Shown here one piece after another: positions 28,371 to 37,760 of a stretch of 42,833 nucleotides of DNA. The first letter of the stretch is position 1, and every line of letters starts with the position of its first letter. The position numbers and the translations under genes are program-made. Under the pieces are notes generated by a model. It was not told where the DNA came from, made no database searches, and saw only the letters and a list, made by a program, of their open reading frames with translations. This DNA is from Patescibacteria group bacterium (GTDB lineage Bacteria; Patescibacteriota; Minisyncoccia; UBA6257; 2-01-FULL-56-20): NCBI GenBank assembly GCA_038077975.1, contig JBBUGM010000013.1, positions 1 through 42,833 of the forward strand, read 5' to 3'.

Positions 28371-29408
28371 ATGAAAGCCGCCGTATTGGAGAAAATAAAT
28401 GCCCCGCTCGTCGTCACGGACGTGGGGCTTGGCGAATTGTCGTTCGGGCAGGTGCTTGTGAAAGTGCTCGTGAGCGGTATTTGCGGCACGCAGCTCCATG
28501 AAATTGCGGGTAACAGGAATAACGCGCAATTCGTTCCTCATTTATTGGGCCATGAGGGATGCGGCATTGTGGAGGACATCGGCACGGGCGTAACGAAAGT
28601 AAAAAAAGGAGACAAAGTCGTTATCCACTGGCGCAAAGGCGACGGCATCGAATCGGAACTCCCTAAATTTATTTTTAAAGGGAAAACCATACGCAGTGGA
28701 CGATCCACAACGTTCAGCGAATATTCGATCGTGTCGGAAAATCGCATTACTCCGGTGCCGCACGAAACTCCGAATGATTTTTGCGCCCTCCTCGGCTGCG
28801 GACTTTCTACGGCGTTAGGCGCGGTGATAAACGAAGCGCAGGTGCGGCCCGGAGAAAGCGTTATGGTCATCGGCCTCGGCGGCCTCGGGGCATGTTTAGT
28901 GAAGGCGGCCCGTTTTGCGCGCGCAAACCCGATAATCGGCGTTGACATTCATGACAGTAAAAAAGACGTGCTCAAATCGCTTCATGGCGATCTCTTCATC
29001 AACTGTGCGAAGGAAGATGTGAAAGATGCGCTCGAGCGTGAACTCGGCATAAAAGAAATCGACGTCATTCTTGAGGCCTCAGGAAACGCAAAAAGCATAG
29101 CGGACACGATCCCGCTTCTTGCGAGCGGCGGGCGCTATATTCTCGTCGGTTATTTGGCGGCGGGAGCGAGAATAGAGATCAAAGACGCCAACAATCTCTT
29201 CGGCACGAGCGAAGGCAAGACGATCAAGGCGACCCAGGGCGGAAGATTTTCACCGAGCAAGGACATTCCGCGTTACATAAAACTTTTCGAGGATGGATCG
29301 TTGGACATAGACAATCTGATCACGCACCGCACGACGTTGGATCATATAAATGAAGCGATCGAGCTGATGCGGGCCGGTAAAGCGAGTCGGATTTTAATTG
29401 ATTTATAG
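28371..29408 (+). CDS. Zinc-binding alcohol dehydrogenase (MDR family)
   Basis: SGICGTQ, LLGHEGCGIV, LGCGLSTALG, GLGGLG. The structural-Zn Cys loop is absent. Confidence 0.9.
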   Translation: MKAAVLEKINAPLVVTDVGLGELSFGQVLVKVLVSGICGTQLHEIAGNRNNAQFVPHLLGHEGCGIVEDIGTGVTKVKKGDKVVIHWRKGDGIESELPKFIFKGKTIRSGRSTTFSEYSIVSENRITPVPHETPNDFCALLGCGLSTALGAVINEAQVRPGESVMVIGLGGLGACLVKAARFARANPIIGVDIHDSKKDVLKSLHGDLFINCAKEDVKDALERELGIKEIDVILEASGNAKSIADTIPLLASGGRYILVGYLAAGARIEIKDANNLFGTSEGKTIKATQGGRFSPSKDIPRYIKLFEDGSLDIDNLITHRTTLDHINEAIELMRAGKASRILIDL

Positions 29409-29411
29409 ACC

Positions 29412-30362
29412 ATGTCAGCACTTTTGGATGCATACAAAAAAATGTTCCTGATACGGGTGGCGGAGGAGGAGCTCGCGGCGTTATTCCTTAAGGACAAGAT
29501 CATGAGTTTCGTGCATTTCTATATCGGCCAAGAGGCGGTGGCTGTTGGTGTTTGTGACGCGCTCCAAAAAGATGATAAGGCCCTAGGGAATCATCGTTCT
29601 CACGGCCATTACTTGGCAAAAGGCGGTGATCTGAAAAAAATGATCTGCGAAATGTTGGGCAAGGAGGAAGGTTCTTCTCATGGTAAAGGCGGGTCTATGC
29701 ATATGATCGATCGATCGGTGAATTTCGTGGGTTCAACGCCAATTTTGGGAGGCATCGTACCGATCGCGTGCGGTACTGCTTTCGAGCAAAAATACCACAA
29801 CAAAAACAGCATAACGGTCGCCTTCTTGGGTGATGGAGCTTTTGAAGAAGGTATTGTGTATGAGACGCTTAACCTCGCCGCGCTCTTTAAACTGCCGTTG
29901 CTCTTGGTGGTCGAAAATAATTTATTCTCAACCAATTCCAAATTGAAAGACAGGCGGGCTGACACGCACCACGTTGAGAAGATCGTAACCGGTTTCGGCG
30001 TCATGTACCTCAAGGCCGACGGAAATGATTATCAGGACGTCTTGGGAAAAGCGAAAAAACTTATAGAGGGCGTCCGAGCCGGCAGCCCCGCGGTTTTGGA
30101 ATGTATGACACATAGGCACCTCGCGCATAGCGGTCCGGTTTTTGAAGAAGAATATCGGGAAGAAGATACCGCAGAGCATAGGTCGGAAAAAGATTCCATC
30201 AAGAAGATGCGGCAGGTCGTTTTGAGGAACGGTGTTTCGGAGAAGGAAATTGTAGGCGCTGAAAACGACACCAAAAAGATCGTTCAAGATAGTATTGATT
30301 TTGCCCTGCACGCGCCTTATCCGCCGAAAGAAAATCTTTATACCGATTTATATGCCCAATAA
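29412..30362 (+). CDS. TPP-dependent dehydrogenase E1 alpha-like subunit (pair 2)
   Basis: HFYIGQEAVAVG, HRSHGHYLAKGG, GKGGSMH, GDGAFEEG...ENN. Confidence 0.9.
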   Translation: MSALLDAYKKMFLIRVAEEELAALFLKDKIMSFVHFYIGQEAVAVGVCDALQKDDKALGNHRSHGHYLAKGGDLKKMICEMLGKEEGSSHGKGGSMHMIDRSVNFVGSTPILGGIVPIACGTAFEQKYHNKNSITVAFLGDGAFEEGIVYETLNLAALFKLPLLLVVENNLFSTNSKLKDRRADTHHVEKIVTGFGVMYLKADGNDYQDVLGKAKKLIEGVRAGSPAVLECMTHRHLAHSGPVFEEEYREEDTAEHRSEKDSIKKMRQVVLRNGVSEKEIVGAENDTKKIVQDSIDFALHAPYPPKENLYTDLYAQ

Positions 30363-31395
30363 CAGAATTCTTAAATATACCGAAGCCATCAAGGAGGCCA
30401 CGGACCAGATGATGGAGAACGACCGCGATATTTTTGTCATTGGTCTTGGTGTTACATACAGGAACGGTGCGGATGGCACCACGTCCGGATTGAACGCCAA
30501 ATATCCCGGGCGAGTTCTCGACGTGCCAAACTCGGAAGGCGGCTGGACCGGCATGGCTGTTGGAGCGGCTATCAATGGACTTCGGCCCATTGTGCATCAC
30601 GGCAGGGTAGAATTTAGTTTGCTCGCCGCTGACCAAATTTTCACGCAGGCGGCAAAATGGAACTATATGTTCGGCGGGGTGAGTAATGTGCCGATCGTGT
30701 TTCGGATAAACGTGGGGAGGCAGTGGGGGAACGGCCCCCAGCACACCCAGGCGCTTTATGGACTGTTCGGTAACGCCCTTGGGTTGAAGGTGGTAATACC
30801 GTCAACACCTCGCATGGCGAAAGGGCTCCTAGTTTCCGCGCTCCGCGATAATAACCCCGTGGTTATTCTTGAGCCACGTTGGAATTTTCAGGTGAAGCAA
30901 GACGTGCCTACCGAGGTTTATGGTGAACCTCTTGGAAAAGCGCGAGTGGCAACGCCGGGAAAAGATATCACGGTGGTCGCATACGGAGATGGCTTCGTCG
31001 CCGCGCACGAAGCGCTTTCTCTTGTCGGAGAAAGCGTTAGCATGGAATTGATCGATCTTGTTTCCCTTAACCCGATCGATTACGAAACAATTATTGCTTC
31101 GGTGCAAAAGACCGGGCGACTGCTTTGCGTAGATACTACGAACGAAGTATTCAATGTCGGATCAGAAATTATCTCCAAAGTCGCGCAGCAAAAGTCCTTG
31201 CGCTTGCTGGATGCGCCGATCTCTCTTGCCTGTCCCAATGTTCCCTGTCCGACATCTACCGCGCTCACAGAATTTTATTATCCGACAAAAGCTGATATCG
31301 CGAATGCGGTGTTGCGCGCCATGCACAAGCCCGAAATTACCCGTGCATTAACGTTTGAGGAATTGCATCTTGCGCCGACAATTACCATCCCGTAA
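30352..31395 (+). CDS. TPP-dependent dehydrogenase E1 beta-like subunit (pair 2)
   Basis: DVPNSEGGWTGMAVGAAINGLRP, GPQHTQ, PGKDITVVA, SVQKTGRLL. Start revised to MPNNRIL. Confidence 0.9.
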   Translation: MPNNRILKYTEAIKEATDQMMENDRDIFVIGLGVTYRNGADGTTSGLNAKYPGRVLDVPNSEGGWTGMAVGAAINGLRPIVHHGRVEFSLLAADQIFTQAAKWNYMFGGVSNVPIVFRINVGRQWGNGPQHTQALYGLFGNALGLKVVIPSTPRMAKGLLVSALRDNNPVVILEPRWNFQVKQDVPTEVYGEPLGKARVATPGKDITVVAYGDGFVAAHEALSLVGESVSMELIDLVSLNPIDYETIIASVQKTGRLLCVDTTNEVFNVGSEIISKVAQQKSLRLLDAPISLACPNVPCPTSTALTEFYYPTKADIANAVLRAMHKPEITRALTFEELHLAPTITIP

Positions 31396-31433
31396 AAAAA
31401 GAGGCGCTGATTCTCCGAAGAGATTCAGCGCCT
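31394..31433 (-). terminator. Terminator between convergent genes
   Basis: AGGCGCTGA.TCTC-CGAA-GAGA.TCAGCGCCT preceded by A7; a C(UUCG)G loop and U-tract on the minus strand. Confidence 0.78.
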
Positions 31434-32266
31434 TAAAGATGTCTGCTTACGGTTGAGCAGAGCATCAAGTGATCGCTACCGGGGGATGGGTCCACATAGA
31501 CGTTTGTGACGTCATACGTGAATTTGCCATCCTTGTCCGGCCAGATCATGATATGGTCGGCCTTGATGCCAAGTTTCGCCGCCGGATGATGCTCGGCGAG
31601 CGTTGTTTTGACGTCTTGCGGCAAACAGTCGCGGCCATCGCTTTCCGCATACCTGCGCAGTACCATGCCCTCCTTGTCCGGGTTGCAATCGGCGGTGTAG
31701 ACGATGCCACCGTGCCTCCGGCCTTGTTCGGCAAGGAAACCGCAGAGTGAGTCGGTACTCCGCATTTGTTCCGGAGAAGAGTTCCCACCGCGCACCCAAA
31801 AGCCATGGTGTGTGGCGATGCGCCAAGGCGCAGGATCACCGGGCTTACAAACCGAACAAGCAACCGCAGCCCAGTTAAGAGACCTAAGCACAAGAGGATC
31901 GACGATGTTGCCTGACCCAATCCGCTCATTGTCATCTCCGACACCTTCGAGATTTCGGATAATGCCGTCTCCCCAAGTGTAGTGGACAGCGATGTCGTTG
32001 AGCGGATACCGTGAGGCGATACAAATGCCCCAAAGCTCCCGCTTGCCCCAGATCTTGTGATTTGCCATGGCGACAAAACAGAAGTGCGGCAGAGGCTGCA
32101 AATACTGGAGCAACGATACCCGAAAATCCTGCAGACACAGAACATCGGGCACCGTCGCACCGGGCTCCGAAAGTCCTTTCAGCCATTTCAGTGTTTGCGG
32201 TTCTTCGTGGGGAGTATTGCCCACGAAGCGGCCGCCGTTCAGCGACCAGACAGTTAACGTGGACAT
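31433..32266 (-). CDS. Endonuclease/exonuclease/phosphatase (EEP) family protein
   Basis: TVWSLN, DVLCLQD, IASRYP, ATHH, ADCN, ADHI, GSDH. Strong SD GGGAGGAGG upstream. Confidence 0.75.
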   Translation of the reverse strand: MSTLTVWSLNGGRFVGNTPHEEPQTLKWLKGLSEPGATVPDVLCLQDFRVSLLQYLQPLPHFCFVAMANHKIWGKRELWGICIASRYPLNDIAVHYTWGDGIIRNLEGVGDDNERIGSGNIVDPLVLRSLNWAAVACSVCKPGDPAPWRIATHHGFWVRGGNSSPEQMRSTDSLCGFLAEQGRRHGGIVYTADCNPDKEGMVLRRYAESDGRDCLPQDVKTTLAEHHPAAKLGIKADHIMIWPDKDGKFTYDVTNVYVDPSPGSDHLMLCSTVSRHL

Positions 32267-32307
32267 CGTGTCCTCCTCCCTGTAAGTTTGAAATTGTAGC
32301 TGGCTTA

Positions 32308-32336
32308 ATTATACATCAAAATCAATATATTGTCAA
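32308..32336 (-). promoter_or_regulatory. Consensus sigma70 promoter for the EEP gene
   Basis: Exact TTGACA-17-TATAAT on the minus strand. Confidence 0.75.
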
Positions 32337-32411
32337 GATTGAGCTTTTTATAGATTTTCTGTATAATAAAGGACATATAAATTAAGTTTTACTTTTCCGC
32401 GGCCTACTAAT

Positions 32412-33434
32412 ATGCATCCTGCGCAGAAATTACAATATCAGGAAGTTGTAGACAAGTTTAAAGCGGCAAAGATCCTCGTTTTCGGGGATATTATGCTCGA
32501 TCTTTATATTCAGGGAGATGTCGAGCGGATCTCTCCCGAGGCGCCGGTGCCGATCGTGTTTGAACGGTCGCGTGAATATTCATTGGGAGGCGCCGGGAAC
32601 GTTGCGGCGAATATCGCCGCACTTGGCGGTAAAGTGACGCTGTTCGGAATTGTCGGTAATGATAGCGAAGGCAAGATGGTCGAGAAAATTTGCCGCCGCA
32701 TGGGCGTCACTCCTCGTTTTATGCGCGTGCCCAAGCGTTCGACTATCTTAAAAACGCGGGTGGTATCGGGGCCTCATCAATTATCCAGGATAGACCGCGA
32801 ACATATCGGCGCAATCACTAAAGATATTGAAAAGAGAGTTGAGCGTTTTGTGAAAAATATAGGCGACCAGGATACGATTATCATTTCTGATTACGCAAAA
32901 GGACTGGTTACGGAGACGGCAATCCGAGCCCTTAAAAAAAGATTTGGAGGAAAAAAGATAATCGCGAATATAAAACCTGTTGCGTATACCGGGATTTTCA
33001 AAGGCGGCACAGACATTCTTTTTAAGGGCGTAGACATCAGACTTTATAGGGGTATCAATACAATTACCATGAATGCGAACGAAGGGAAATTCTTTTCCGG
33101 CGTTGATGCCGCGAGTGACAAGGGAGCGGCCGATGCTTCGCGCTTGCTTAGCAATCGGCTTAATGTTTCCGTAGTGCTTACGAGGGGAGCGCATGGGCTT
33201 ACCGCCCATGATCGCGGACTCAGAAAATCCATTCATGTTACGAACCGTCCGCTGCACGTTTTCGACGTAACAGGGGCGGGCGATACGGTTGTTGCAACGT
33301 TTGCCCTTATGCTCGGCGCCGGCGTGCCGCTATTTAAAGCCGCCGAAGTGGCGAACCATGCCGGTGGAATAGTGGTTGGCCGCCGGGGAACTGCCGTTGT
33401 CCAACTCTCCGACTTGAAGCCTTTTCTCGCTTAA
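32412..33434 (+). CDS. rfaE1: D-glycero-beta-D-manno-heptose-7-phosphate kinase (standalone HldE domain I, PfkB family)
   Basis: GDIMLD, RISPEAPVP, LGGAGNVAAN, ISDYAKG, FDVTGAGDTV. Confidence 0.9.
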   Translation: MHPAQKLQYQEVVDKFKAAKILVFGDIMLDLYIQGDVERISPEAPVPIVFERSREYSLGGAGNVAANIAALGGKVTLFGIVGNDSEGKMVEKICRRMGVTPRFMRVPKRSTILKTRVVSGPHQLSRIDREHIGAITKDIEKRVERFVKNIGDQDTIIISDYAKGLVTETAIRALKKRFGGKKIIANIKPVAYTGIFKGGTDILFKGVDIRLYRGINTITMNANEGKFFSGVDAASDKGAADASRLLSNRLNVSVVLTRGAHGLTAHDRGLRKSIHVTNRPLHVFDVTGAGDTVVATFALMLGAGVPLFKAAEVANHAGGIVVGRRGTAVVQLSDLKPFLA

Positions 33435-33437
33435 GGA

Positions 33438-34721
33438 ATGTTTCGGCATCTAGAAAGTTTTCTGAAATTTTTTATAAAACGCGGAGTGGGCGCTCTGCGG
33501 TCTTTTTTTCTGCTGATTTATGGAGCTCCAGTCAACACCTCTGATTATGAAGGAAGGATGCTTATTATAAACCTGGAGGCTATGGGTGACCTTGTTATTT
33601 TTACTTCGGCCTTAAAACATTACAAAAAAAGATTTCCCGATAAGAAAATCTTTCTGCTGATCAAGGAAAGGGGGATGGAAGAAGTTTTTAAAAACTTCGT
33701 AGATGAGGTTTTGATCCTACAGCACACGAAATTCGTCGCCGACCCCTTTTACGGCTTTAAATTCATAAACAAACTGCGCCGCATCGGTTTTTACAAAGTT
33801 ATTAATCACGATTTTGTTGTCCCGGAGATCGCGGGCAAGATCATCGCGGTCAGCGTCGGCGCGAAAGAAGTCATCGGCCACGCAGGCCAGGAAATGGAAT
33901 ATAATATACCGCACGATATCCAGCAGGTAAGACAGATCAAATTTATACGCGAGAAAATATTGCCTCGCTATACGAAGCTCATTCCGCCCATACGGGAAGA
34001 TTCTGGGAAAGACGGAACGCTGGCCAGCATCTTGCAGCAATATGTATGGATATACGAGTCGGCCACCGGATTTAAAGAAGAGGATTATTCTACGGCGTTG
34101 CCCGGTTTTGAATCCGGTGAGCAAACGAAAGGAGTAATGAGCAAATTCGACCTTAAGTCGAATTCGTATGCGGTTATCAACATCAACTGCAACGCTCCCT
34201 GCCGAACGTGGCCAGCTGAACGTTTTATAAAAATAACAGAGTTTCTTGCTGGCAAAGGATTTAGCATCGTGCTTGTGGGTTCCAAAAGCGAATTTAGGCG
34301 CGTCCAAGAATTTCAGAAAAGTTGTCGTGTGCCAACGAAGAATCTGGCGGGAGAAACTTCATTTTTCGAGCTGGCTGTTCTCGTAAAACATTGCGCCCTT
34401 GTTGTTTCGAATGATACTTCGACGATCCACGTTGCGATTGCCCTGAAGAAACCATCGCTTGGTATTAGTGGCGGCGGGAAATTTGGCCTCTCGGTTCTTT
34501 ACGGCTATCAAGATATAAATGTTTGGGTATACAAGAGGATGGATTGTTATAACGACAATTGGCATTGCGCCTTCAGCGTTCCGTACGATGCACCCTCTCC
34601 CTGTGTTGCGGCCGTGACGACCGAGATGGTTCTCGAAAAACTACAATCGCTCGTCGAATATTTGCGGAAGACCGATCTTTATCCTCGCGAGAAATTCAAG
34701 GCAAGATTTGAATTGGAGTGA
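33438..34721 (+). CDS. GT9 (heptosyltransferase-like) glycosyltransferase
   Basis: EAMGDLVI, RTWPAERF, NLAGETS, VSNDTSTIHVAIAL. Confidence 0.87.
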   Translation: MFRHLESFLKFFIKRGVGALRSFFLLIYGAPVNTSDYEGRMLIINLEAMGDLVIFTSALKHYKKRFPDKKIFLLIKERGMEEVFKNFVDEVLILQHTKFVADPFYGFKFINKLRRIGFYKVINHDFVVPEIAGKIIAVSVGAKEVIGHAGQEMEYNIPHDIQQVRQIKFIREKILPRYTKLIPPIREDSGKDGTLASILQQYVWIYESATGFKEEDYSTALPGFESGEQTKGVMSKFDLKSNSYAVININCNAPCRTWPAERFIKITEFLAGKGFSIVLVGSKSEFRRVQEFQKSCRVPTKNLAGETSFFELAVLVKHCALVVSNDTSTIHVAIALKKPSLGISGGGKFGLSVLYGYQDINVWVYKRMDCYNDNWHCAFSVPYDAPSPCVAAVTTEMVLEKLQSLVEYLRKTDLYPREKFKARFELE

Positions 34722-34742
34722 TTACTCAAAATAAGCTGAAAA

Positions 34743-34823
34743 TATCGCGCTCAAATCCGCCGCATACTCAAAAAATCTCCCGTCGGCCGCGAAACGAAAA
34801 TCTTAGACGTGTGGATGGAAGAA
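34743..34823 (+). pseudogene. Relic of the C-terminus of a methyltransferase homologous to 41552-42277
   Basis: YRAQIRRILKKSPVGRETKILDVWMEE versus YRAQIRRILEKSLVGRETKMLDVWMEE (24/27). Confidence 0.85.
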
Positions 34824-34890
34824 ACTCCCGATCATATTTAGTGAAAGTTTTAGGAGTTGACAAAGAATTGCTTTGCGCTATAATGCAAGC

Positions 34891-36276
34891 ATGATATATG
34901 TACCGCCAGTTTTCGCAAAGTGCGTATCGCTTGTTGCCACGGCGAAGCAGAGAGTGGTTTTGCGGAAGTCTTTTTATATCGCGCTCCTTCTCGGAACGTT
35001 GTTTTTCTTTTCGGTTCTATCGGCCCGCGCCATCCTAGTGGCATGGATACAAAAGTTTCCGATCAATAGTCCGCAGATCGGTTACTATTCTGCGATGGTA
35101 TATGATTCGGATCGCGCCAAAACAGTTTTATTTGGGGGAACCGCTTCTGATTTTGTTTCTTCGAACGAAACTTGGACGTGGGATGGAGAAAATTGGACAA
35201 AACAATCGCCAGTCAATATTCCTCCCGCCAGAGTTGCTACCACAATGGCATATGACAAGGCCAGAGGACAAGTTGTAATGTTCGGTGGCGGGGGCGGCAC
35301 CGTTTATTCCGACACTTGGGTTTGGGATGGTGTTAATTGGTATGAGAAGAATGTAACCGGTCCGCAGGCAAGGGTTCATGCGTCAATGGCGTATGATGCC
35401 GCACGCGGGCAAGTAGTCCTTTTTGGTGGCAGTGTTGGCAGTCCAAGTCCGCTTGGAGATACGTGGGTTTGGGATGGAATTACTTGGACACAGAAATTTC
35501 CGACAACGATTCCGCCCGTAAGATCGCACGCCCGTATGGTTTATGATGAGGTTCGCCAGCAAACGGTGCTTTTTGGCGGATGGAATGGCACTACTTACGC
35601 GAATGACACGTGGGTTTGGGACGGGAATAACTGGACGCAAAAATTTTCTACCAATGCACCTCCTCCCAGGACTGATTATGGCCTTGCGTATAATGCGCAC
35701 ACCCAGCGCGTCGTACTTTTCGGCGGTATTTTGTTCCCAAGCAATCCGGTAGATAACGCAACATGGGAATGGGACGGCGCCAACTGGATGCAAGTCGTTA
35801 CTACTTCTTCGCCATCCGGTCGTGGAGGCCTTGCGATGACTTATGATGCGGCCCGCAATCAAATTGTTTTATTCGGGGGAGTGAGTACCACGGAAATATT
35901 TACAGAAACATGGGTGTTGGGATCACCAATCATTTCTGCTGTGATTGATATCAAGCCAGGAAGTTATCCAAACAGCATCAATCTTGGTTCAAATGGCGTT
36001 ATACCAGTTGCGATTCTTGGTTCATCAACACTCGATGTGACACAAATAAAACTTATAGCGGTCACGCTTGCCAATGCTCCAGTACGATTTAGGAGTAACG
36101 GTCAACCGATGGCAAGCTATTCCGATATCAACGGCGACGGATTCACTGACATTACAGTTCATTTCTCTACAAATGACTTGCAATTATCGCAAGGCGATGT
36201 TCAGGCAGATTTGACCGGCGAGCTTATCGACGGAACTTTGATCGAAGGGTCGGATTCGGTACGTATCGTGCCATAG
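34891..36276 (+). CDS. Membrane-anchored/secreted Kelch-like beta-propeller protein with a C-terminal IDIKPGS domain
   Basis: TM/signal segment; six ~49-aa repeats (M.YD..R...VLFGG...TW.WDG..W); DINGDG Ca-binding-like loop. TTGACA-16-TATAAT-6-ATG fixes the start. Confidence 0.82.
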   Translation: MIYVPPVFAKCVSLVATAKQRVVLRKSFYIALLLGTLFFFSVLSARAILVAWIQKFPINSPQIGYYSAMVYDSDRAKTVLFGGTASDFVSSNETWTWDGENWTKQSPVNIPPARVATTMAYDKARGQVVMFGGGGGTVYSDTWVWDGVNWYEKNVTGPQARVHASMAYDAARGQVVLFGGSVGSPSPLGDTWVWDGITWTQKFPTTIPPVRSHARMVYDEVRQQTVLFGGWNGTTYANDTWVWDGNNWTQKFSTNAPPPRTDYGLAYNAHTQRVVLFGGILFPSNPVDNATWEWDGANWMQVVTTSSPSGRGGLAMTYDAARNQIVLFGGVSTTEIFTETWVLGSPIISAVIDIKPGSYPNSINLGSNGVIPVAILGSSTLDVTQIKLIAVTLANAPVRFRSNGQPMASYSDINGDGFTDITVHFSTNDLQLSQGDVQADLTGELIDGTLIEGSDSVRIVP

Positions 36277-36336
36277 CGATAATCTACATTCTTGCAGTAT
36301 CTTTTTTTACGCCTAACTTAGGCGTATAATTTTTTA

Positions 36337-36501
36337 GTGGCCACAAACAACAATCCGCTTGTTTCGGTCGTCGTTCCCGCCTATAACGCCGAAAAATATT
36401 TACAGAAAGTTCTCGCACTAAGGAAAAGGATATTAGACAATCACGAAGAAATGGTGTTTGTCGACCGCGACGGGAAAGAGGTGTCAAGACGAAAATTTTA
36501 G
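36337..36501 (+). pseudogene. Chimeric relic: GT2 N-terminus joined to an unrelated tail
   Basis: GTG ...NPLVSVVVPAYNAEKYL, then diverges; 54 aa; TATAAT 6 nt upstream. Confidence 0.7.
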
Positions 36502-36642
36502 ATGAAAGTTGTTTATACCGGCATTCGGCACGATGATTATGACTCCGCGCGGCGGGATAGTTTTGAATACGTTAATTTCTATTTGACGCTGAAGAGCGTG
36601 GCGGGAATCGAGCAGCCGCACCATGCAGGAGGAATTCGTTGA
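36502..36642 (+). pseudogene. Relic N-terminus of a glycosyltransferase homologous to 40368-41480
   Basis: MKVVYTGIRHDDYDSARRDSFEYVNFYLTLKSVAGIE versus MKILYAGIRRENYDPRRRDSFEYINFFLTLKAMAGVE (24/37). Confidence 0.85.
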
Positions 36643-36729
36643 CTATCACGTCTCCGGCTTGCGGACACAGGAGGTCTTCAACGCAAAACCGGCTTGATTT
36701 CTAAAATATCAAGCATATAATAGGTAGTA

Positions 36730-37620
36730 ATGAAGTTTTTTAAACAATGGTCGGACAGATTTGGTCTGGCCGCTTCTAGCAAGCTTATTTTCGCGACGAT
36801 TTTTTGTTTTTCCGCTATTGTTGCCTATGCCGTCGCGTCCGAGTTATTTACAACCACATTGTTCAGTGACGCAAACCTCATTTCTTACTACCGCATGGAA
36901 GGTAATTCAAATGATGCAAGAGGCAGTAATGATGGAAGCGATATTGATGTGTCTTATGGCTCCCGCTACGGGAAATTCAATCAAGGAGCAAGTTTTAACG
37001 GCATTTCGAGTTATATTACGAAAAACAATCCTATAGGTCTTCCTATAGGAAACGGCGATATTACAATCACGGGCTGGATCTATTTCACGGCAAATCAATC
37101 ATCGGGTATATCAGGATACGTTTCATGGGGAGCAGAAAGTTCTAACCAAATGGCCGGTTTAGGTTTCGGTCCCCCCGGCCCAAACGGTCTTTTCTGGTTG
37201 GGCTATATCAATGATGCGAGTGTATCATGGAGTTATGCCACTGGAACGTGGTATATGGTATCGGCAACTTACACTGCCTCCTCGAAGCAGGTCCAGTTTT
37301 ACACAAATGGTTCCGCACAGGGCTCAGCAGTTACATTGAGCAACACGCCCAACGTTGGTTCTGTATTCTTGAACATCGGCAAACAGAGGCCGGGAAATGG
37401 TATATATCTAGAGGGTTACGCTGATGACGTTGCTATTTTCTCGCGAGTTCTTTCAGCAAACGAAATCCTCGATCTTTATATTGGTACTTTGCCGAAAACA
37501 TTGGTTAGGATAAATGATCTTACCACAAACGGTGCCGGTAAATCCGGCAAAGTACCTCCTGGTTTATTGATTGCGCCGGGAATAGAAAACAAGCTTTCGA
37601 CCGCTACAATAAGTTTGTGA
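36730..37620 (+). CDS. Secreted/anchored LamG (concanavalin-A-like) domain protein
   Basis: Signal/TM segment, LISYYRMEGNSND, GKFNQGASFNG, WYMVSATY, FYTNG, GYADDVAIFSRVLSANEI. Confidence 0.82.
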   Translation: MKFFKQWSDRFGLAASSKLIFATIFCFSAIVAYAVASELFTTTLFSDANLISYYRMEGNSNDARGSNDGSDIDVSYGSRYGKFNQGASFNGISSYITKNNPIGLPIGNGDITITGWIYFTANQSSGISGYVSWGAESSNQMAGLGFGPPGPNGLFWLGYINDASVSWSYATGTWYMVSATYTASSKQVQFYTNGSAQGSAVTLSNTPNVGSVFLNIGKQRPGNGIYLEGYADDVAIFSRVLSANEILDLYIGTLPKTLVRINDLTTNGAGKSGKVPPGLLIAPGIENKLSTATISL

Positions 37621-37715
37621 AGTAATAAATTAAAACTAAAAACCGCCTCGATAAATCGCGGCAGTTTTTAATTTATTTGTTTTGACAAAAGGCAGCAACT
37701 TTTTATGCTCCTCGT

Positions 37716-37760
37716 ATGGTTATTGCGAATACTCCATTCCGCGTTTTATTCTTTGGCGCC
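37716..37760 (+). pseudogene. Relic N-terminus of an hddA-like kinase with an intact promoter
   Basis: MVIANTPFRVLFFG versus MVITKTPFRVSFFG (11/14); TTGACA-16-TATGCT-6-ATG. Confidence 0.75.

Noticed and set aside
35090-35920. Regularly spaced ~147-bp DNA repeats, CRISPR-like at first glance
   Set aside because: They are degenerate coding repeats of the Kelch propeller, not identical direct repeats with spacers.
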